From the NCBI RefSeq assembly GCF_009914755.1, contig NC_060939.1: DNA of 64,000 nucleotides. One strand, written 5' to 3'. Source of the stretch: the human T2T-CHM13v2.0 reference genome, Homo sapiens. The notes under the pieces were generated by a model that saw only the letters and a list, made by a program, of their open reading frames with translations, did no database searches and was not told the DNA's origin. Made by a program: the position numbers and the translations under genes. Below, one piece after another: positions 52,101 through 64,000 of the stretch; within the stretch, counting starts at the first letter, position 1; each line of letters begins with the position of its first letter.

Positions 52101-53040
52101 GTCTGTGCATATTTGTGTTTGAGCCTGGACAAGTGAGCATTTAATTGTGGTATAAGGTAAAATATGATTTGCCCCTTTAGCTTCCCATGCCATTTAGAAA
52201 TCTCTTTTTAATAACTCCCTTTTCTTATCTTTCTTTTATTCAAATGTAATGAAAGATGTTCTAGCTACCAAATGAATCACTTCCTTTTCAAAGTTAAACC
52301 AAGAAGTTACCTTAGGTGCCAGTGGAAGACACTCGTGACAGCTGAATCTGTATTTTGTAGCAATCATGATCTGCAATAAATGGCATTTATGTATGCTTCA
52401 CAATTACTTGTTTAAAAGCCCATTTAAAAATGTTAGATTCTACACTAAAAGTCATGGCTATGTCTTAAAATATGTTGGTTTCGTTGACTCCAGTCATTTT
52501 GTAGTTCTTTTCCAAACAAATTCTGTGTACATACATTATGCATGATTAAAAAACCCCACACATACAATGATTTGCTGCATATTTATGCTACAATCAAATC
52601 CCAAGGTAATTCTGTAGTCAGGACAGAGCACATACTACTCTGCTGTAACTACTGGCTTGATACAGTAAATTCAAAAGGGAGCATTGGGGGTTAGCAGTTG
52701 CGGCTGAAAGGGAAAATCAAGAAACAGCAGTAGCATCGCTTTTGTCTTCAGCCTGCTCTTCAAGATGTAAGAGTCTCCAGTGGGTGGGAGACCTACATTC
52801 CACCTCCCAATTCTGGTGATAACCCTGCCGGTTACACTTCACAATTACCTTTTTAAAATGCCAATTAACCCATTCAGTGCTGTTTGGCATACTGTGAGCA
52901 GTCAGTGACAGCAATATTGCACACTGTAGTCCTACAGTAAGGCATACACATACAGAAGCACACACATGTGCACATGCACACACATGATTAGGACTGGAGT
53001 GAGGGAGGGAGGGAGAAAGGAAGGGAGGTAGGGGAGGAGG

Positions 53041-53481
53041 ATGGCGGCAGAGCTCTTGGTGGGTGCAGCAGCCCTAGTGTGTATTATTGTGGTAGTTAAT
53101 GTTGCATGGGAATTTAATAATTTTTTTCCATTGATAAAAATCAAGAATAAGCAGATACAACGGTATTCCTGTGCCATTGAGAAGTATAATGAAGATCTGA
53201 ATGTACAGATATTATTCACAAGAAAGAAAGCAGTAAATGAGATTTGGCAATATCCCCCATTTTTAATTGTATCTCACCAGCTTGAAAAGCAACTGCAAGT
53301 TAATTTTAACCATATCGTTTTGGATGTTATATTTAGTGTTTACTCTGAAGAAAGTAGCATTGATTTAAACTCAACATTTTCTATTTCTAGGCAATTAATA
53401 AAATTACTGTTTACTTACATGGCATCTTCTGCCTCCAGATTCAAAACACTCCCCCAGCACTTTCTCATTTCTTCTTGCTAG
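53041..53481 (+). CDS. Unvalidated 146-aa ORF with a hydrophobic N-terminus; no recognised homology
   Basis: ATG in strong Kozak context (aggATGG); longest ATG-started non-repeat ORF in the track; could be chance. Confidence 0.12.
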   Translation: MAAELLVGAAALVCIIVVVNVAWEFNNFFPLIKIKNKQIQRYSCAIEKYNEDLNVQILFTRKKAVNEIWQYPPFLIVSHQLEKQLQVNFNHIVLDVIFSVYSEESSIDLNSTFSISRQLIKLLFTYMASSASRFKTLPQHFLISSC

Positions 53482-56400
53482 GGGGTACATCGCATGGGAG
53501 ATGGGTGTGTTTGTCTTATTTCATGAGTAAAGAAACGGAGGCATAGAGCCCTGCCTGCCTGGTCCCTTAATGTGTGTTGGACAGAACATCCTCAGAGTTT
53601 CTGCTCAGGGCAGGGTGTACTGCCGGACCGGAGTCCCATGCTCATCTGGAATTCTGGACTTCCATTGAAACACTCAATCAAAAGGCACAGGAATTTTCAC
53701 TGATTGACCAGAGAGAGGTGGAGTGGGGAGGCAAAGTGGGGAGAATGAATCGCTAGCGCCAGGCAGTAACTAAAGAAATGAACCTCTTGACGACAGGTAG
53801 TGTAACATGCTCAGAACTTTGGGCACGTCTTTTCCTAGAGAAAAACTCCTCTGATAGAGACAGGCACGTTCACAAGCAACATGGGCTCCTGCATTTACCA
53901 GGTGTGCACAGGCATATTTCTGCCTCAGTAAATTTGTTGCAATGGGCATATCCCAAAACCCAGAACTTAGTCTGTGGAATAAATGACTTATGCTAACAGA
54001 ATGAGTGAAATTCAAGCATGAATCCAGGCTTTCTGGCTGAAAAGCTGACCCGGAAGCCTAACTCCATTGGTATAACAAGAGCTACTAATATTAATAGGAA
54101 AGAGGAAGACACATAATTTCAATCCTGTGGTTATATCTAAACCTCCAGAATTAAGTGGATTTGTCACATTTAAGTTTTTTTTTTTTTTATGAAAGTCTGT
54201 TTTTAGGCTAGTTTGTAAGCAACTTTCCATTAAAATATTGATTTGAGGAATTACCCAAGCTGAGCACAAATATGCTTGCATGTTTTACATGGTTAATATA
54301 TGTGAGTATTGTTTTATGAGTTGCTATAATTTTGCAACAGTAACTAGCAATGTTTCTCTGCATTTGAAATGTTTGAAAAGCTTCAGAAGTGAATTCCCAG
54401 GTGGTAGACAATGACTTTTCTCAATGAACAGTGAAAGTTGAGCTGCTGACACACTCTTCTGGGTACATAAACACAGAGGTAATTGATCAATGTTTCAAGT
54501 AAATTGTGGTTTTTTTTCTTTAGCTTATGTCAGAGTATATTTTTCCATATTTCGTCTGTCTCTACTGCAAGAAATAAAAAATTAAAATGGACACTCCAGT
54601 TTACCTCATATCTGAACAGGGGTAATAACTCATTAGTGGAATTAGGCTGTGAGTTAGTAATGGCCAAGCAGCCATTGCTAGTTATGTGTGACTATTTAGC
54701 TTTCAAACTCGTACATATATCCCCGAGATGAAGGAAAATAGTTTATAATATCTCTAACAAAACACATAGAGCGTTTGAGGGGGTTGAAGAGCACGGACAT
54801 TCTAAGTCTGTCTTTGAGCCACAACAAATAAAATAACTAAAATCCAATACAAACTTCCCCATTGGGTCCTTATACTTCGTATTTAGAAAATGCCACAAAA
54901 TAATAAAGCCTCAGGCAATGTTAGTGACTTCTGCAGTTTATCTGTTGTTCCATTCCAGGTAGTTTTGAAAGCTCCACAGTGTTTAATTTAAAAGTTCTCC
55001 CCAAGCCTCAGTGTGTGGGGGTAGAGGGGTATGGGTATATACAGTTGATATGTGATTTAATCTAAATCAAGGCAAAAAGGGAGACATTCTGTATATGTGG
55101 AAGAGTATATGTATATAAACATTTCACACTCATATGAAAATCAGAAAGAAGAAGTAATTAACCATAAGAAGGACATAGTAAAGTCTGATTCGATGGTGCA
55201 AATCAATCTGATCCAAAAAAATGGAGATTTATCACTCAAACTGCCCTGGGTTTATAGTTCATCCTAATATTTCCATAGATGAGACTAAGAATGGGTAAGG
55301 AAGATAAGCTGTAACTTATGATTTTCTTTCTCTTTCTTTCTACTCTTTTTTTTCTCCCTCCTTCCCAGAGTAGATTTTAATTTTTAAAGGATATTTCACT
55401 GTTTTCTAGTAGTCCATGCATATAGAATATAGAATAAAATGCAACATGAAAAAATCTACTGAAGAAATCACAATTTAATATTTGTGATTTTTAAAAAAAG
55501 ATATTCATCTTAATACACACCAAACACAAGCAGATCGGGCGAAGAGGAATTGTTTTATATGCAATGGTCTGTTGCGTTCTCTGTATCAACTGGGAAAAAA
55601 TTACTGCGAACGTCTGGACAGAGAAGCACCTGGAGTTATAACAGATGTTCTTTGGACAGTTAAAGAACAGGCAGTTGACATATTTAGGGTGATGTGTCAC
55701 AGTGGAAGAAGACAATATGGATTGGTGGCTCTTAGGTTTTAAATAACACAAATATGATTGTAGAGTTGTAAAGGTTGGAAGGACGTGGTAGCATTTCAAA
55801 CATTGCTTGTTAGCTCCTCATGAAGGTTAAATAATAAAAACAAAGGTTAATGGGGGTTCAGCTTGCTGCAAAGCAATAAAGTCAACTTCATTACATCTAT
55901 ATCTATAGGTAGATAACGTACACCTATATATGTATATCTATTTATCTATATACCTTTCTAGTGTCTTTCTAAATGGGCTATGAATACAATAATCCTCTAT
56001 CTAAATATACTTAGAATGGGATAAAAAAATTCCTTGGTAAATTTCTGGGGGGATTGTCTTTTTACCTGAATTAACATGTATAATTCTAGCATATAATATG
56101 TAAATACATTAAGAAATAGAGTTTAAAAGGTAATCACATTAATGCCTTCCTTGTTGAAGTTTTAGCAGTTATTTTCCAAAGAAAAAGAGAGAAAAGACAG
56201 GAGTTTAACAGTGTATGACACTCAACACAAGTATCTCACAAATGTGAACATTGTTGAAAGAACGTAATGAAAATAATAATTTGTATGATGCCATCCCAAA
56301 GATATATCTGAGGCATGCCCGCTTTCTGATTATGAGGTTGAGAGTAACAATGCTATTTTCTTCATTTTATGGCAAAAGGTTCACATGAGGTTTTTGAAAC

Positions 56401-56559
56401 ACAGTTTCATGGGCACACAAAAAATAAAAAAAGTATATATTAATGTGAACTTCTTTCTTCTCTATCAGCTCAGCACACATTATAAATGTATGTGTAGCAC
56501 TGTAGGTGCAAACTACAATAGGTGGATGGATATTTACCCAAGGAAATTTGAGCCACGGC

Positions 56560-57010
56560 CTTTCATTTTCAGAGAGCTGCTACCTAATCTCAGTGTAGCA
56601 TCAGGACAAAGGACACCTCATTCCTCTTGCGCCTGCCCTGCGAACCAACCCTTTGTGAACCACCTAAGCGATTAGAATAATGGGCTGGGAAAAAAAGATA
56701 AAATACAAATTTCACTCAGATCTGCGTTGGATTACTTCCTCGTGCCCCTGCCTTTATTGAGCGATTTGGAGTTTCATTAGAATTCAGAATTCCTGTGGAA
56801 AGAGAAACCACGGTGGCACGGACTTCTCTTTCAAGGGGATTGCAGGCTGACCCATCAAAATGAAAAGGCTCAATGTTGTGCTGACAGGTCCCCAAGCAGC
56901 CCTGAGTGACAGCTTCATTTCAGGAGTTCTCAGATGAGGTTTGAATTGAGGGGGGAGAGGTAGTGCTGGAGATACTTTTTTCCCTAAAAGTGTCAGAGTC
57001 AACTCTGCAG
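56560..57010. promoter_or_regulatory. Candidate enhancer
   Basis: TGAGTGACAG 56903-56912, TGACAG 56882, ACAAAG/CTTTGT SOX-type cores, TTTATTG, retained CpGs. Confidence 0.35.
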
Positions 57011-58744
57011 CTCACCGACCAGGGGCAAAAAAGAGCAGAAACCAGTCTCTGCTTGCCCATCTCCTAATTTATTATTAATGTCTCACTAATATTCACTCCG
57101 CACGAGGTTTCATATGAGACTTAGAGTTCTTAGCCATGGATTCCTTTTAATTACGACTGTGGGGAGAAAATAAAGAGATAAGAAAGTTAGTTCTGTAAAG
57201 AGACTACAGCCAAAAGGTACAACACTCTGCCTGGACAGTTTTTACAAAGGAATCCTATTTAAGTAGGGCATTCTCCAAACCAGTACTGCCACACACATCT
57301 CATCAGACAATGAACTGAAGTCTATCCTCTTTCTCCGCTGATATGATCTGATCTGAACCACAGTAATAATGAACAATAATAATGTATAATGGTTCCTCAT
57401 AATTGTGCACTTGCTGTCGTGGGATAAATCTTATACATCTTTTCTAGAAATAGCACACATAATAAGATGAAATGGGTATCTACAACTCTGTGGATGAAAA
57501 GTGAGAAGATTTTTAAATTTCCAAGGCAGTCAATATTCACTGAGTCACTATTCCCATCTTCCAGTACTCCAGCCACTAATGAAAGGCAGCTTAGAAGAAA
57601 CAGACAATAGACAAAATTCAGCTTCCCCATAAAACATTTCTCTCTTGATACTATCCCATGTGTATTTTTATTTCAAGAAGGATACTCTGTAGATAAGAGA
57701 AAATAACAAAATTCATGTGATTTCTTAAAATAATAGCCATAATTTTGAAAACTCTTTTTTAAAAAAGAAAAATGTCTGTGGAATGCAGATAAAGAACTCT
57801 CCTTTTCTCCAATTATTATACATCCAAAATTCATTTATTATATTTCTTCTTATATTTCAAGAAGAGTATTTGCATTGTCTCTGAGTTGTATGATAAAACC
57901 ACAGCAACACAACACTGTCCTTAAAATATATATGTTATTTTTTTCAATACTGCAATAGAGCCCAAAGTGGCATAAATCTATTGCACTGGCAAAGTATGAG
58001 TTAAGGATAATCTTGGAAAACTTCATCTTACATATTTTGTTTTTACCCAATTTCTTATGTTTTATATTTTCCTTCAATAAATGTGTTTATATTACACGTT
58101 AGAGTTGTCTTCAAAATAACTTTTTATCTGGTCGTATACTTCCAAGAATTTATCATATTCTCTATCCTAAAAAATGAAGAGGATGGAGAAATTCACCTTT
58201 TCTATTTGGAAAGATGATCTTAAAAGTCACATACATTTTTAATCAATTAGGATATTAGGGTTCCTTTAACTTTAAGGAATTTCATCTGCATATATGATAT
58301 TATGTTAATGAAATACTGAATATATTTTTCAAGGATTACTATTATTGAAATTTTTGTTCCATGTTTCCAATAAGAGTGAATTTTTTAGTATAATTTTCTC
58401 TGGATTCTTTTATTTCAGGATCCTAAAATTTTGTGACCCTAGAGCAAGTACTAACTATGAAAGTGAAATAGAGAATGAAGGAATTATTTAATTAAGTCCA
58501 GCAAAACCCAACCAAATCATCTGTAAAATATATTTGTTTTCAACATCCAGGTATTTTCTGTGTAAAAGGTTGAGTTGTATGCTGACTTATTGGGAAAAAT
58601 AATTGAGTTTTCCCCTTCACTTTGCCAGTGAGAGGAAATCAGTACTGTAATTGTTAAAGGTTACCCATACCTACCTCTACTACCGTCTAGCATAGGTAAA
58701 GTAATGTACACTGTGAAGTTTCCTGCTTGACTGTAATGTTTTCA

Positions 58745-58860
58745 GTTTCATCCCATTGATTCAACAGCTATTTATTCAGCACTTACTACAACCATGCTGG
58801 AAACCCAAGAGTAAATAGGCTGTGTTACTCAACAGGACTGAGGTACAGCCGAACTGTCAG
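58745..58860 (-). mobile_element. L2 3' end remnant
   Basis: CATTGATTCAACAGCTATTTATTCAGCACTTACTA. Confidence 0.55.
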
Positions 58861-59398
58861 GCAAGGTTGCTGTCCTTTGGACTTGCCTGCTTTCTCTCTA
58901 TGTAGGAAGAAGAAATGGACATACCGTCCAGGAAATAGATATATGTTACATTTCCTTATTCCATAATTAATATTAATAACCCTGGACAGAAACTACCAAG
59001 TTTCTAGACCCTTATAGTACCACCTTACCCTTTCTGGATGAATCCTTCACATGTTGATACATTTTATCCAAATGAAAATTTTGGTACTGTAGGTATAACA
59101 GACAAAGAGAGAACAGAAAACTAGAGATGAAGTTTGGGAAAAGGTCAAGAAAGTAAATAATGCTTCTAGAAGACACAAAAAGAAAAATGAAATGGTAATG
59201 TTGGGAAAGTTTTAATACATTTTGCCCTAAGGAAAAAAACTACTTGTTGAAATTCTACTTAAGACTGGACCTTTTCTCTAAAAATTGTGCTTGATGTGAA
59301 TTAAAGCAACACAGGGAAATTTATGGGCTCCTTCTAAGTTCTACCCAACTCACCGCAAAACTGTTCCTAGTAGGTGTGGTATACTCTTTCAGATTCTT

Positions 59399-59595
59399 TG
59401 TGTGTATGTATATGTGTGTGTGTGTGTGTGTGTTTGTATGTGTACAGTCTATATACATATGTGTACCTACATGTGTGTATATATAAATATATATTTACCT
59501 GGATGAAATAGCATATTATAGAATATTCTTTTTTCTTTAAATATATATGTGCATACATATGTATATGCACATATATACATAAATGTAGATATAGC
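59399..59595. repeat. (TG)n/(TA)n/(CA)n alternating purine-pyrimidine tract
   Basis: (TG)10 at 59413-59432 within degenerate TATG/TACA repeats. Confidence 0.9.
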
Positions 59596-59599
59596 TAGG

Positions 59600-60060
59600 T
59601 AGGCATTCATGTGAAACAAAGAAGCCTATTACTTTTTAATGGTTGCATGATATTCCATCATAGGAGTATAGTACAACTTATGTAACACACATTTGGCTTG
59701 TTGTAAAATTTTGGTATTAATAAAATAGCACATATCATGCAAAGACACCCTTGCATAGGTCTATTCATTCTTTGATTTTTACCTTAGGACAAAATTTAAA
59801 AGTAGAATTTCTGGGTCAAGCAGTATGCTCATTTAAAATGTCATTGCATATTTCCAAATTGTCCTCCAGAAAAGTAGTAACAGTAACAATTGATGGACTG
59901 CGTGTTTTCTAAAACTTGAATTTTTTTCCTTATTGGTGAGGTTTGGCATTTTCCATATGTTTATTGGCATTTTAATTTTTTTTGGTTCATGTCTTTTATT
60001 CCCTTCCTGCAAATTTGTGGTGTGTCTCAACTTTATTTATACTCTCATTTTCATAATTTT
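59600..60060 (-). mobile_element. Ancient L1 (L1ME-like)
   Basis: TTTTTAATGGTTGCATGATATTCCAT; AAAGTAGAATTTCTGGGTCAA; CCAAATTGTCCTCCAGAAA; CATTTTCCATATGTTTATTGGC. Confidence 0.75.
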
Positions 60061-60381
60061 CTAAAGGAATTTGACTTTAAAAAAATAAGACAGCCAATGC
60101 TTTGGTTTAATTTCATTGCTGCTTTTTGAAGTGACTGCTGTGTTTTTATATACTTTTATATTTTGTTGTTTTAGCAAATTCTTCTATATTATAATTGTGT
60201 ATGCTGGAACAAAAAGTTATATTTCTTAATCTAGATAAAATATTTCAAGATGTTGTAATTACAGTCCCCTCTAAAATCATATAAATAGACGCATAGCTGT
60301 GTGATTTGTAATTAGTTATGTCCATTGATAGATCCTGGGCCCAAATTGCCTGTATGATCAATATTTATTCAGTATCTAGTG

Positions 60382-60455
60382 AATAAAAATGGAGTGCTGA
60401 CTGCTTTTCAAAAGATTCTTAGATAAAGAAATAGGTCACAATTTTCGTGTTCTGA
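60382..60455 (+). terminator. Candidate cleavage/polyadenylation site
   Basis: TGTA at 60307 and 60351, AATAAA 60382-60387, CA at 60409-60410, downstream T/GT-rich TTTTCGTGTTCTG. Confidence 0.3.
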
Positions 60456-61239
60456 ATAATAGTTTTAAAGATGGGATAATTTAGAAGAAACAAAGTTCAC
60501 ATTTGACACTCATTCTGTATCGTAAAGGTCTCCAATAGCACAAACTCTGAGAAAAGCCTGGAAAAACCATACAGCCTAATTGGTCACTTAAAATATTGCT
60601 TAAAAAAGAAAAAAATAAATCTGTTTAAAATTTGCTTTTAGATCTGATGCAGCATGTAAGAATAAAATTAAAATATCTTAATAATTAGAATTAGAGTCGT
60701 GAGAAAAAATGATGACAATAAATCACTGAAATGATTTCCAAGCATGTTTTGACCTTTTACACTAGACACTAATTTTTGAAGACCTTTTGAAAACCGAAAC
60801 AGAGGATGATTTAAACCATCCACATTCCTCCTGACTTGAGCTTTCACAGACGTGAATGCTGATTGGAAAATCCTGTCATGGTTTCCCTGAAGAAAAAGAG
60901 TAATAATGACTATATGAATATGACATTTCAACATGCAATGTGATGCAAAACAAGGGTTTTTTTTTTTGTTTTTGTTTTTGTTTAAAAAAAAAAAGAAGAA
61001 AAAGAAATCTACCCCCAAAACATCAACTACACTGGATGCAATTTTAGCCCAGTGTGGATCTTATTTGCACCCCGTTACTCATAAACACCCAAATGTAACT
61101 CTTTTACTAGAGCTCCTTTTGAGTTCAATGTGATAATGAATGTGAAGGGTCTATGTGAGGGGAGTTGGGGAGGGGGGCACTTTGTGATTTTGCAGGTTCA
61201 CACCAGATAGGCATTTTTTATAGCCTGAAAGGGGATGTT

Positions 61240-61460
61240 TTCTTTTGTTAATGGCTTACAATCAGATGAAAGGACTCATCACTCTATTTTAGTGCTCCAC
61301 CACATGGCGCGTATCTTTTATAAATTACAGGCTGGCGTTGTGTGCACTTGGGGAGAGAAAGGTTGGTTTTTCTCGCTGTGAGCCATCCTGCCTAATTGTC
61401 GTATGCAAATAAAAGCAATTATAAGGCTTTTAGGGTGAAGGGATGACAGCTGAGTTTGGC
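61240..61460. promoter_or_regulatory. Candidate enhancer/insulator block
   Basis: AGATGAAAGG (TCF) 61264, CTCF-like CCACCACATGGCGC 61297-61310, octamer ATGCAAAT 61403-61410, TGACAG. Confidence 0.4.
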
Positions 61461-64000
61461 AGTTGAGAAGGCCTCACCCACCTTGTTGGCATAGCAACAG
61501 GGAGGAAAAGGACAAAATGGTGTGTATACACAGGAAATATATATGTTTTGGTTCAAGAATTTTAAAATATATACCAGTGTTGAAATGAAAATGTCAATAT
61601 GTGTAATGAATGCCTTTGTTTAAAATATTATTTAAATTAAACTCTATTTATTTCTCGGCCCTTTGAATGATCCTTGTCATCTAACTACCATTTATCTGCT
61701 GTCATTTGTGATTTTTAGTTGCTACTTTTAAAGTTCTATGCAGATCATAACAACAGTATTCAGTAATTAGGAGATTATAAGTTCTTGATTTTAACAACCT
61801 TTGGAAATACCACTGGGTGAAAGTTTTGTGAAAGGAAATCCCAGTAAAGGAGATGATGTAATGTGGGAAAATGGTGCAAAGTATGCAGCTATCAGTGCAT
61901 AAAGTTCAATATTAAAAAAAAAATGTTTGTGCTAAAGTGTTAAACAAGTAGAATAAATAGCATGCTACTAGCATACAAAATTAAAATGAGTCACAAATGG
62001 ATATCTTCTATGGCAATTTATTTCACAATTACTCTTGTGGAAGCTTTCATGAATTAAATATGAGTTCTGTCTTGAAATTAGGTGTTATAAGGCTAAATTA
62101 CAAGAGGCAGGCAGTAATTGAGGTGGCAGCAACACAGGGTCTGGTGAACTAATCTCTTGCCATGTCACATGGCTCACCTTCAGCCAATGAGATGCCTCCC
62201 ATCACAAAAACAGAGGCAGCTGAGAAAAATTGATTTCTCATCTGAGCCATATTTGATAGCTTTTGAAATCGAAAATTGAAATTAACTAACCTAAGCCCCG
62301 TTGTAACAAAAGAGCAAATTAAATATGCAACATCGTTTCCTATTGGCAGTAAGAGGGCCTGCCAAGGTAAATTTGTAAATAGAGTTTAAGATGCAATTCT
62401 GTTCTCTCTCTCTCTTTCTCTTTCAGTGTAAAAGTATAAGTGTATAGTGGCTGTATAAATTATTTATATAAAAAAATCATCAGCTGCAAATGGCCACTGT
62501 GGTTAAGGACTTCCATGGAGAAAATGATTGCATTAGGAGAGCTCATTGAATGAATTAAAATTAAAAATCATCCTCAATGATTTGCTCATCTTACCTAAAA
62601 TAAAAAGTAGGAATATTTTAAACTTTTTTCCCCTGAACTTTATTTTTTTTCTCTCCCCCCAAACTCAAAGAACAAATCTACCATAATTTACTGAAATTAA
62701 AAACAACCACAACCACTGTGGTATAAATTAAACCACCCAACTGTCTTGTAAATAATTGTAAAAATTAATTTTGATTCACTAATTGCTTAAAAAAAACCTA
62801 TTACTTCATTGTGTCATATGTGATAGTTTCAAGTCTGACCACTTTAAAATTATTTCCCAAATGGATCCCAGTGATTTGGCAAGTATAACTATTGATTCTG
62901 AATGTATAAATATACTAGATCAGATGAAGGAAATAGGTGTCTCAGAGGCTATATCCTAGATAACCCAGGAGTGACAGTTTTTAATTTATTATTTCACCCC
63001 TGCTTGTGCAATAGGCTGTCCAATATAATGTTTCTATCACCACAGAAAGTGTTCGTCCTGACTTTTTATTGCCTGAATTTTTTTTAAGTAGGCAAATTAA
63101 TTTTATATGTTTGAATGATAGGTGATTGAAGATAAAAATCATGAAATCACAGTACAATCCTGTCTTCCTTGTTCAGATCTGTACCGTACATATAGAATTC
63201 AATGACAAGCATAATGGAGGGTATTATACTTAGCCCGCCCGTCAGCCCATAGATCTGGTAAAATCATTTTCTGTTCTAATTTATTATTTTTAGTGTCAAT
63301 CTGACTCTGAGGAGATAAGTAACATCATTAGGTACTGGGATCAACTACTCAGCACTTTTTAAATGCAGTTTAAGTAGTTGTCATTATCTGTACTGGAAGA
63401 CATAGTCAAGGTTCAGAAAGTTTTTCTGTTACATAGAAGTCTTGTTGGAAAGAAAGCCTTAGGAAGATAAAGTCTAAAAACACTACTTTCATTTCCTTTG
63501 TAAGAACCAAATTTCAAGGAGGCACCAAGAGGCCCCATATTACTTCCAAACCATAGGTAATGCCCAGATCTCATTTCTCCCCTGAGCCTCTAACCAGAGC
63601 TCCAGTTGCACAGCTGTGAAGACGGACTCAAGCTGCCCTCATGTTCTTTGCCCTGCTGTTCGCTTTCTATTGATGGTGCTGAGGGAAGGAAACATACCCA
63701 AGTTAAGTAACCCCAAAGGAAAGGAGAAGAAACCAAAGATGGACTCAATCTAGGTACAGGACATTTCCTCCATGAACTTTTTTTACTCAACTTTCTAAAA
63801 AATGCTTTTGTAAATAATATTTTTATTTGTAATAAGTTTCACCCTAGAAAAGTATTGGCTACAGATTGATAATTTGCATTATCCAGCCTTGATACGCTCC
63901 AAATCGTTTTAACCCAATGATCTGACTGAGTTTCAGAAGTAGCACTAATTAGACAGAAATAAGTGGTTTTTGGTTCCATTTTATGGATGATTAATAAGAA

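Larger units (their letters stand above)
58419..60410 (+). ncRNA. Candidate terminal exon (~2 kb) of a putative lncRNA
   Basis: Strong acceptor ttttctctggattcttttatttcag|GATCC; AATAAA at 59719 and 60382; alternative donor CAG|GTATTT after 58550. Confidence 0.3.

Overview
Primate (human-like) AT-rich genomic DNA. I recognised no protein-coding gene, tRNA/rRNA, miRNA or CpG island, and I could not assign the locus by name. The window has three zones. (1) About 3.5-12.6 kb is Alu-rich, with simple repeats and several well-formed + strand candidate exons. (2) About 13.7-42.5 kb is a graveyard of old elements: a dozen MaLR solo LTRs (MLT1/THE1), MIR, L2, L1 fragments and Tigger/hAT MITEs, including two multiply nested stacks. 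(3) About 42.6-64 kb has no Alu or LTR and is full of AT-rich blocks with developmental transcription-factor motifs (PBX/MEIS decamers, T-box, homeodomain, octamer, TCF, M-box), as seen in regulatory deserts near developmental genes. The best hypotheses are a spliced + strand lncRNA with a terminal exon near 58.4-60.4 kb, a cluster of long-range enhancers, and a possible 146-aa de novo ORF with an N-terminal hydrophobic segment. None of this demonstrates a new biological system. Repeat subfamily names come from remembered consensus features rather than a RepeatMasker run, and boundaries of old repeats are approximate.
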